A program made the translations under genes and the position numbers. From a virus (Duplodnaviria > Caudoviricetes), in the IMG/VR virus record IMGVR_UViG_3300023107_000066, positions 1 to 33,963 of that record: a DNA stretch of 33,963 nt; one strand, written 5' to 3'. Below the pieces are notes generated by a model. The model worked only from the letters and a program-made list of their open reading frames with translations. It was not told the DNA's origin and searched no databases. Positions within the stretch are counted from its first letter, which is position 1. Each line of letters starts with the position of its first letter. Positions 17,901 to 24,806 of the stretch are shown piece by piece.

Positions 17901-19385
17901 GGCAAACACATCTTTCAGTGCCAGGCGAGCATTAGATGCTGTTGCGCCCACGCGCAGAGCCACATCGGTTAGAAAGGTGGGGGTAGCAGCCCCGTCGGCG
18001 CTAATTTGATTGATAGCCGAACCGATGGCCAGCAGATTCTGGTTTTGGTCCTTGCCCAATGTGTTCTTAAACACAAAGCTGATCTTGCCGAGCGACGTAG
18101 CAATTTCCTCAGCGCCACCCTTAAAGTCATCTTCTAGGGCCTGCACGCTGATATCAATGGCTTTGGTAAACCCCTCAATATCCTTGCCTGCTACCCCCAG
18201 CTGCCCGCCCACCTGCGCAATGTCCAGCAGGCCGGATAGTGAGGTCCGGCTGTCTACCTTTTTCAAGCTCTCGGCCAGCTGGTCGGTAGCCTCGCGGGAG
18301 AGGTTGGTAGTTTTGCGCACGTCGGCGAGCTGGTCGGAATACTCGGCCACGCTTTCGAAGGTCTTCGCCACCGCCCCGGCCAGCGCTGTCACCCCCAGGT
18401 AAGCCCCCAGGAAGTTATTGGCCATGCCGGCCGCGCCGGCACCCAACGACTGCGACTCCTTGCCGCCCTTCTTCGCCGCGGCGCCGTAGTTATTCAGCTC
18501 CCCGGTGACCTTTTGCAGCTCGGATTCGGTCCGCTCGATTTCGGCGCGCAGCTTGCGGTGTTCGTCGGCGCTGAGGTGCGTGGCGTTGGCCTGCATCTTC
18601 AGGGCCTGCACTTCGCTGGTGAGGGCCACCTTCTGGCTGTTCAGGGCCCGCACGGCTTCCAGGATACCCTTGGCGTAGGAACCGACCTCCCGGAAGTTCT
18701 GATTCAGCTCCCGGTCGAAATCCTTTAGCTTCTGCGTGTTGTCCGAAAACTGCTGCTTGAGCTTCTTCGCTTCCGCGTTGGTGGCTTCGAAGCCGCCGGG
18801 CAGGGCGCGAATCTTCTCGCCCAACTGCTGCGTCTCAATCGTGAGCCGGTTGTAGGAGCCGGCGGCGGCCGTCAGCTCAGAATTGGCCCCACGTACAGCC
18901 TTGTTGAGCTGGTCCGTGTCGCGCTTATACTGCTGCACGGCCAGCGCGGCCTTGGTGATGCGGTCCGCATCCTTAGCCGTAAACGCCTCCTTAAGCTCGG
19001 CCTGCAGCTTTTTCAGCTCTGTGCTGGCGGCCTTGGTTGCGTCAGCTACCTGCCGGCGTACCTCCGCCTGCCCCTTCTGCGCATTTTTGTAGCTCTCCTG
19101 CTCCCGGGCCAGCTTGCCGATTTCGGTAGACAGGCCTGCCAGGCTCTGTCGCTCCTGCTCGTTGGCCACGTTGAGGCCCTTGACCTGCTCGGCCAGGGTT
19201 TTGTTGCTCTCGGCGATGCCAGCCAGGCCTGCAGCAATGCGCTGGCCGTCGGCGTCGAGCAGCTTGGACATGGCCTTGTAGCTGCGGTTGAGTGCGGCGA
19301 CGGACTTTTGATACTCGTCCAGTTCCTGCCGGCCGGGCCCCAGCTGGTCGAAAAGGTCTCTGTGGGAAATCGGGTTCTCTGCCAT
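14904..19385 (-). CDS. Tail tape measure protein
   Basis: 1493 aa Ala/Gln/Lys-rich helical protein; TP901-like core (LADVRKTTNLS...IAQVGGQLG...AETSGTSL); C-terminal YFKG...AMVGEQGRELI motif. Confidence 0.92.
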   Translation of the reverse strand: MAENPISHRDLFDQLGPGRQELDEYQKSVAALNRSYKAMSKLLDADGQRIAAGLAGIAESNKTLAEQVKGLNVANEQERQSLAGLSTEIGKLAREQESYKNAQKGQAEVRRQVADATKAASTELKKLQAELKEAFTAKDADRITKAALAVQQYKRDTDQLNKAVRGANSELTAAAGSYNRLTIETQQLGEKIRALPGGFEATNAEAKKLKQQFSDNTQKLKDFDRELNQNFREVGSYAKGILEAVRALNSQKVALTSEVQALKMQANATHLSADEHRKLRAEIERTESELQKVTGELNNYGAAAKKGGKESQSLGAGAAGMANNFLGAYLGVTALAGAVAKTFESVAEYSDQLADVRKTTNLSREATDQLAESLKKVDSRTSLSGLLDIAQVGGQLGVAGKDIEGFTKAIDISVQALEDDFKGGAEEIATSLGKISFVFKNTLGKDQNQNLLAIGSAINQISADGAATPTFLTDVALRVGATASNARLALKDVFAYAAVLQETGFNAETSGTSLNRLFSTLSTKTKESFAIAKIGDANLTLKQFKHLVNNDFQGAIQAFLKGLNAGGHTTTEFNALLATLKLQSGEAKNAITTLAKNTELFAERQATANEQLILATSVTEEARIKNDNLAGSWAKLKRDVSEFFTSGAAESSLKWLVDSARASLNFKDGFGALFDGRLLGLAKKQLDDYGKGLADSALNQRKFADGTDSLLARFTRLSAVTKPSIAEQNQLRETVLQLKDRLGETAVILNQQTGQYDLNTAAVARNTKEARAKYLEDATALAKRLQNLDKEASMSRATATAIQEEATAREKLVRAATGLQSADFEKVLPQQIRQREATPKLYDSSEGAISPKTMATYTEYVKLTNDSQLAANKAARAEDARNKVLAQLRRLGYDAAGAYTLLAQATDDATNAEDNSVEVDKKKKQAVADLIKEENALRKQRLEASIADYDRQAGNVANSEEIRTRALQKGKEARIKLVEVERDELIHEAALTYKNQVGGTQALEVARVRLTEQFSAKKLDIERSTDKQILALHNTLLDQLTAIDKLAINSEIDALETIAQDENRSAQERQQALLDAAARRIEIAELEAQSKIRAAKGDALQEKLILEELEKQKAEILARPRANNSDLANSELQKRYVQDQLALEQKLAAGLISEKDYYKQLKQLDDDYGAHRVDNLQKDAQAQRQADEEALQRVRNQNAEKKRLREEEGALIIEGLQNTQAIADAFYQIGAGRRQQELDDLAHKKEQELLVAGDNAELKAQIEENYRKRELALRQKQAKADKTAALFNVALNTAMAVTSVLSTGGGTRYADFGISAGILSALVIAQGVAQAAVIAAKPIPQYFKGREGGPAEWAMVGEQGRELIEGRSGGMRLVEKPTITYLQAGDKVRTNFRTEQILRNDRALQDLLIQRRYLTTMQGQVADIRSGRSGGASAEVAAVAAAAAQASSRDADRIIQALHERPEWRLTEDGLRLYTKQGGTITKHTNSYYRRNG

Positions 19386-19409
19386 AATGTGAGTAAATTA
19401 AATACTTTA
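19385..19409 (-). promoter_or_regulatory. Late box copy 3 (minus strand), ending on the A of the tape measure ATG
   Basis: Reverse complement TAAAGTATTTAATTTACTCACATTA, 22/25 identical to copies 2 and 4. Confidence 0.7.
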
Positions 19410-19452
19410 CCACACGGCTTCCTATCTTCGCCCTTCCCCTACCTGCTTTTCT

Positions 19453-19881
19453 ATGCGCACCCTCCCGCTTGCTGACGGCCACATCGTTACCCTCTACCAG
19501 TCCATGCACGAGCTGCCGGCTCAGCGCCACAGCGAGTTTCAGTGCCGGCTCGTGCAGGCGGCGGGCATCGGCTCGACCATGGCCGACGTGAACAAGCACT
19601 TCGAGCGGCTGGCGCAGTTCATGGCCGCCGGCCGCTCAGCTGACGCCGCCGACGAGTTGGCCCACCTGCACTACAACTTCAACTTCGCCCTGGAGCAGTT
19701 TAGCCCCGAAACGCTGGCTTTTGGCTGCCTGGTGGCCGCCGTGGACGGGCAGCCGACGCCCGCCAAGTGCGAAGATGACGGGCTGCAGGAGCTACTCAAC
19801 CAGCTCAGCGGCTGGGGGCTGACGGCGGGCCTGGTAGAGGATATCTGCCAGGAAGTAAAAAAAAACTTCAGACCGAGCTAA
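19453..19881 (+). CDS. Tail assembly chaperone (G-like)
   Basis: 142 aa adjacent to the tape measure gene; ends EVKKNFRPS across an A9 run. Confidence 0.7.
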   Translation: MRTLPLADGHIVTLYQSMHELPAQRHSEFQCRLVQAAGIGSTMADVNKHFERLAQFMAAGRSADAADELAHLHYNFNFALEQFSPETLAFGCLVAAVDGQPTPAKCEDDGLQELLNQLSGWGLTAGLVEDICQEVKKNFRPS

Positions 19882-20225
19882 GCCGGCAGTTCCCGGCCCG
19901 CTTCGGGGACCAAGCGCGCGAAATAGCCTACGCCCAGCAGCAGAGGCGCCGCGTCCTGGCACTGTCGGGCTGGATTGATTCCGCCGACCCCAGCCACCTG
20001 CACACGATGCAGCAGGTGGATAATTGGATGCTGGATATGGTCCGGCCGGAAGTCTTCGACGACGGCCACCCCGACAACGTGCTGGTGCTGATGCGGCGCA
20101 GCTTTGCGCACCTCTGCGCCATCCTGGCCGAGCATGGCGTGCACCAGCCGGCCGAGCTGCCCCTCTTCGAGTTTCACGCCTATTTCGAGTACCTGGAGCA
20201 GAAGCAGCGCCCGGAAAATGGGTAG
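19857..20225 (+). CDS. -1 frameshift extension (GT-like) of the tail chaperone
   Basis: The -1 frame is open from the A9C run (19857-19866), reading KLQTELSRQFPARFGDQ... into the 20007-20225 ORF. Confidence 0.7.
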   Translation, partial: KKKLQTELSRQFPARFGDQAREIAYAQQQRRRVLALSGWIDSADPSHLHTMQQVDNWMLDMVRPEVFDDGHPDNVLVLMRRSFAHLCAILAEHGVHQPAELPLFEFHAYFEYLEQKQRPENG

Positions 20226-20240
20226 GGATTGGTTACTTTG

Positions 20241-20272
20241 GAAATAAAGTAATTATTTTACACACATTATTC
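20241..20272 (+). promoter_or_regulatory. Late box copy 4 (exact 32-bp repeat of 4497-4528)
   Basis: GAAATAAAGTAATTATTTTACACACATTATTC just upstream of GTG 20281. Confidence 0.75.
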
Positions 20273-20280
20273 CCCTGCCC

Positions 20281-22470
20281 GTGGCTTCTACCTCTCCTGC
20301 TCTGCGCTTTACGCTGGACTCCGACGAACTCGGGCGCCTAGTGGTGGACGCCGAAGAGGACCCCATCGGCTGGGAACAGCTGGGCCTGCAGCTGCACCGC
20401 GACCCGAAGCTACACGGCATCACCACCGAGTACACGGTGCAGCTGGGCTTTATCAAGCGGGCAAAGCAGTACCTGGAGCGCATGGACGAGCTGCGCGGCA
20501 TTCAGGCCGACGTGCGCCTCACCATTGAGCAGTACGACCCCAATACGTTCCTGTGGGCACCCTACTACGTCGGCCGCCTGGCCTTCCGGGCTGCCCAGCG
20601 CACGGCGCTGGAGTTCCGCTGCAACGTGGAGAATGAGGACTTCACCCAGCAGGTGCTCAACCAGACCGACAAGCAGGTGGACCTGCTCAGCACCACCTCG
20701 CTCAGCGGCGCCGCCTTGCCCGCGTTGGCGCCCGTCACCGTCTCGCTGCACAGCAAAGCCATCGTGAAGCGCTACGAAGGCAAAGTGGTGGATACGCCGC
20801 TGGTCGGCCCGTCGAACTACGTGAACAACGGCGAAAGCCGCTTTCAGACGCTCTATTTCGGCGTGGGCGAGCCCACCGCCGACGAGTTCGGCATTGGCGT
20901 GCTGCCCAACGGCCCGGTCACGGTGCCCACCGGCAACGACCACGCCGAGGTTCCCATCTACACCACCAAGGAAAACGGCCCCTTTGGCTTTGCCTTCACG
21001 CTGAACACCCGGCTCACGATCAAACAGGGAGTCCCTATCCCTATTTTCTTTGATTCGAAGTTTCACCACGTCAAGGCCACCTACTACTTCCGCATCAACC
21101 TGGAAGCGCCCGTGGTGCTGGCAACCGTGGAGCAGACCGTCGGCAACAGCAACTTCAACCGGGATATCCCGCTCACGCTTCAGAGCACGCGCCCGCTGGC
21201 ATTTGGGGATAAAGTATACCTCTACGCCCTGCTGGAGGTAGATGATATTTACTCCGATCCGGCCGGGCCCGGCTACTCCTTCGAAGTCATCAGCACGGTG
21301 CTACCCGGCTCCAGCTTCGTCATGCAGGCCGAAACGGCCACGGAGCCCACTGACTGCGTGGGCCTGCTAGCCTACGAGGCCCTGGAGCGAATCTGCCAGT
21401 CGCTCACCGACACGACACCCGCCTTTCACTCGGAGTTTTTCGGCCGCACCGACACGGTACCGGCCTACGCGCAGGACGGCGAAGGCGCCCTGGCTCTGCT
21501 GGCCAGTGGCTTTGCCGTGCGCGGGTTTCCGCTGACTAAAAAGCCGTTTTCGCTGTCGTGGAAAAACAGCTTCGAGCAGCTGGCCGCCACCCACTGGCTG
21601 GGCATGGGCGTGGAAAAGAACCCCGCCGGCGCGCCCGTGGTGCGGGTGGAGTCCGTGCCGTATTTCTACAATGACAACATCGTCGTCGACTTCACCACGC
21701 CGACCGAAACGAAGCTCAACACGCTGGAAGATGAGCACTTCAACGCTGTCGAGCTGGGCTTCCAGAAATGGCAGACCGAGCAGGTCAACGGCTTGGACGA
21801 GTTCAATACCCGCCGCGAGTGGTCCCTGCCGCTGACGGCGGTGAAAAACGCCTATTCCTTCATCAGCTCGCTCATCACTGGTGGCTTTTACCTGGAAAAC
21901 ACCCGCCGCAAGCGCTACGATGACTCGCAGAGCACCGACAACACGAGCGACAACGACACGTTCCTGATCTGCCTGCTGCGCAAGGCTGACGGCGGCTTCG
22001 AAACGGAGCGTAACCAGCTCTTTGCCGCTCTGGACGGCATCTTCTCGCCCGATACAGTCTACAATGCCCGCCTGAGCCCGGCCCGCACGCTGCTGCGCCA
22101 CGCCCGGGCCTTCGGGGCCGGCCTGCGCCACGAGTTGCAGCAGATGGTGCGCTTCACCTTCGGAGAGGGTAACAACGAGTTCAGCAGCCGCCTGAATACC
22201 GAGCCCGTAGCCGTGGCCGAAAAGGCTTCCGTGCCCATTGCCAGCCTGCCCGCGCCGCTCTGGCTGCCTCAATCCTACGAAATCAAGCCCGCCATCACCC
22301 GCGAGCAGGTAGCTGCGCTGCTGGCCAACCCACGGGGCCGCGTCCGCTTCCGCAATGATGCGGGCCAGGTCTGCGAGGGCTGGGTGCTGGATTTCAAGCA
22401 CAACCTGCAGGAGCAGGAAGGCGACTTCACGCTGCGGCGCTGTGCGCAGCTTATGCCCCTATCCCGCTAA
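20281..22470 (+). CDS. Tail tip/baseplate (hub-like) protein
   Basis: 729 aa beta-rich, first gene of the distal tail block. Confidence 0.6.
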   Translation: MASTSPALRFTLDSDELGRLVVDAEEDPIGWEQLGLQLHRDPKLHGITTEYTVQLGFIKRAKQYLERMDELRGIQADVRLTIEQYDPNTFLWAPYYVGRLAFRAAQRTALEFRCNVENEDFTQQVLNQTDKQVDLLSTTSLSGAALPALAPVTVSLHSKAIVKRYEGKVVDTPLVGPSNYVNNGESRFQTLYFGVGEPTADEFGIGVLPNGPVTVPTGNDHAEVPIYTTKENGPFGFAFTLNTRLTIKQGVPIPIFFDSKFHHVKATYYFRINLEAPVVLATVEQTVGNSNFNRDIPLTLQSTRPLAFGDKVYLYALLEVDDIYSDPAGPGYSFEVISTVLPGSSFVMQAETATEPTDCVGLLAYEALERICQSLTDTTPAFHSEFFGRTDTVPAYAQDGEGALALLASGFAVRGFPLTKKPFSLSWKNSFEQLAATHWLGMGVEKNPAGAPVVRVESVPYFYNDNIVVDFTTPTETKLNTLEDEHFNAVELGFQKWQTEQVNGLDEFNTRREWSLPLTAVKNAYSFISSLITGGFYLENTRRKRYDDSQSTDNTSDNDTFLICLLRKADGGFETERNQLFAALDGIFSPDTVYNARLSPARTLLRHARAFGAGLRHELQQMVRFTFGEGNNEFSSRLNTEPVAVAEKASVPIASLPAPLWLPQSYEIKPAITREQVAALLANPRGRVRFRNDAGQVCEGWVLDFKHNLQEQEGDFTLRRCAQLMPLSR

Positions 22471-22472
22471 GC

Positions 22473-24806
22473 ATGGCCATTCAAACGCTCGACGTACTTA
22501 CCTATCCGCTGGCCAACTACCAGCAGGCAATCACCTTCAACGACGTCAATCTGGAGGTGATTGCCGGCGCGCGCACGGCGCTGGATGAAAGCAAGCCCGT
22601 GAAGTTGCCGGGCTCGGAGGTGCCCGCCCGAGAGTTCGCGCCCGGCACCGTCATCATCGAAGAGTACTGCGACGAAGCCAATGGCAACCCGCTGGTGGGC
22701 GTCACCGTGGTTTCCATCGGGACCTACCCGTTTGCGCGGGTGGACCAGGATCCGGCGGCTACGCAGTGCGCCTTGCCGCCTACGAGCCCCGGCGACCTGA
22801 CGGGCGAGATCAGCTACCAGCCGGTCGGCAGCACCGTCACAATCAGCGTCAACACCTCGCACCCGCCGTTCCGGGCCCGCCTGGGCACGGTTGGTAGCTT
22901 TGTTGAAGGGCAAACCGTCTTCGCCGTCGTGCCGGGCCAGCAGGCCACCGTGTCGGTGAAAGATGCCCTGAATTATGGTATTACGCTGTTCTACTCCGTG
23001 CCCGGCCCGGGCGGGGGCGGCGGGCCCATTGATCCGGAGGTAGATCAATTTACGACGAGCTCCGGCCTTACCTGGCGCGTCTACTACTACGCAGACTATC
23101 CCCGGCGCATCACGGCCGACAGCCTTCCGCCCGATTCGGGCCACGCGGGGGTTTCGACCGCTGAGCGGGGCCGGGCCATGAACTCGGTCATCACCTCCTT
23201 CTGTGAGGGCACCACCCGCGTACGGATCCGGGCCCGCCTGGGCTACCCGTATGCTTACCTGGAGGTAGTAGAGAACAGCGTGGACTGTGGCTACGTGGCC
23301 CCGACCGGCCCACTCGTGCTGTTGCGCCTGACGCCGGTGGCACCGCTACCCCAGCAGGCTACCGGCAGCGTGCAGCTAGAAACGCTCGGCGGCGTGCTGC
23401 CCGTCACCGTGACCATTGCCGGCGTTACGGCGCAGCCCGAGCCGGTGGATGCCTTCGGCTACCTCGAAATCAGCGGCATTGCACCCGGCGACTACGAGGC
23501 CATCATCCGGGACAGCGCTGGGGCGCAGATTTCGCAGCTATTCACCATCTCGGCGGCTAGCATTGGCGGCTGCATGGACGCGAAGGCGACCAACCGCAAC
23601 CCGCTGGCCACCTACGAGGACGGCAGCTGCGTGTACGCGCCGCCGGCCCCGGCCCGCGTGTTCCAGGCCCCGCTGCTCAACCCGTTGCGCTTCGTGCCCG
23701 TGGTGGACACTGATACTTGCGCCGCCTTCGAGACGGCCGACAACGTGCTGTTCTGCCAGCAAACCCGGCTCGGCCACCGCGTCCGGCCGCTCTACTACCA
23801 GAAGGTGCAGCGCTGTGACAAGGTGCGCGTGCAGGTGCTCAGCAACTACACCGCCGTCACGGCCACCGTGCGCACCCACCGCGGCGGCACGCAGGTGCTC
23901 ACCCAGGCCGCTACCCGCGTGCAGCAGCTCACCGGCACGGCCCTGCCGCTCACCATTCAACTCTTCGACAACGGCGACGGCTGGACCCAGTTGCGCGCCG
24001 CCGATCAGGTACTGCCCGAAAACCTGCTGCAGACTGGCCGCGTGGTGCTCAGTGGCGGGGTGAGCGGCACCTACCTGGTGCGCGCCCGGCAGAAGAATCC
24101 GGCCAACGGCGAAGAGTACTTAGTGATTGGCCGGCCCTGGCAGCCCACCAGCAGCCTGGACGTGCTGGTACAGTGGGAGCTAACGGGTCCGGGGTTCGAC
24201 GTGTGGGAAACCACCCTCGACCTGGGCGGGCTGCCCGAAGACAACTACCAGGTCGAGCTCACCGGTGCCCGCGCCGGCTGGCCGACGGCCGTGCTGCTGA
24301 GCGAGCCGCTGTCCCTGGCCGATGAGCACGAGGGCACGGTGGTGGTAGAGTACAAGAATACCGACAACGCCTACGGCATGGTCTGGACTACGGCCGTCAA
24401 CGGCGTGCTGCCCCGGCTGCGGGTGGAAGCGGCGTTTTTCCGGCTCAAGCCCGCCGGCACGCTCAACGTGCATCGCAACAGCAACGGCTCGGCCGCGCTG
24501 CTGGCCTCCACAGCCCAGCGCAAAATCCTGCTCGAAACCCTGTTTCTGCCCGACTACCTGCACGAAAAGCTCTACCTGATCTGCCGGCTCGACTACCTGC
24601 GCGTGAACGGCCGCCGCTTCGTCACCGACGAGGTCTACCAGGTCACCGAGCAGCGGGCTTACCCGCTCACCGGTGGCGTGGTAGCCCTGGAGCAGGTCGA
24701 CTGGCTGGGTGCGGGCAACGGCGACGATGCGGGCCTGACCCTACCGCCGGCTACCAACAACTACCTGAAGGTGAACGACGACTATTTAAAACTGACGGTG
24801 CGATGA
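22473..24806 (+). CDS. Tail protein with SprB-like/Ig-like modules and a GCxD...DGSCxY motif
   Basis: TGSVQLETLGGVLP...ISGIAPGDYEAIIRDSAG; GCMDAKATNRNPLATYEDGSCVY. Confidence 0.65.
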   Translation: MAIQTLDVLTYPLANYQQAITFNDVNLEVIAGARTALDESKPVKLPGSEVPAREFAPGTVIIEEYCDEANGNPLVGVTVVSIGTYPFARVDQDPAATQCALPPTSPGDLTGEISYQPVGSTVTISVNTSHPPFRARLGTVGSFVEGQTVFAVVPGQQATVSVKDALNYGITLFYSVPGPGGGGGPIDPEVDQFTTSSGLTWRVYYYADYPRRITADSLPPDSGHAGVSTAERGRAMNSVITSFCEGTTRVRIRARLGYPYAYLEVVENSVDCGYVAPTGPLVLLRLTPVAPLPQQATGSVQLETLGGVLPVTVTIAGVTAQPEPVDAFGYLEISGIAPGDYEAIIRDSAGAQISQLFTISAASIGGCMDAKATNRNPLATYEDGSCVYAPPAPARVFQAPLLNPLRFVPVVDTDTCAAFETADNVLFCQQTRLGHRVRPLYYQKVQRCDKVRVQVLSNYTAVTATVRTHRGGTQVLTQAATRVQQLTGTALPLTIQLFDNGDGWTQLRAADQVLPENLLQTGRVVLSGGVSGTYLVRARQKNPANGEEYLVIGRPWQPTSSLDVLVQWELTGPGFDVWETTLDLGGLPEDNYQVELTGARAGWPTAVLLSEPLSLADEHEGTVVVEYKNTDNAYGMVWTTAVNGVLPRLRVEAAFFRLKPAGTLNVHRNSNGSAALLASTAQRKILLETLFLPDYLHEKLYLICRLDYLRVNGRRFVTDEVYQVTEQRAYPLTGGVVALEQVDWLGAGNGDDAGLTLPPATNNYLKVNDDYLKLTVR

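Noticed and set aside
14300-19450. Tape measure segment as an actively invertible cassette
   Set aside because: No flanking inverted repeats or dedicated invertase seen; the gene has a correctly oriented late box and terminator
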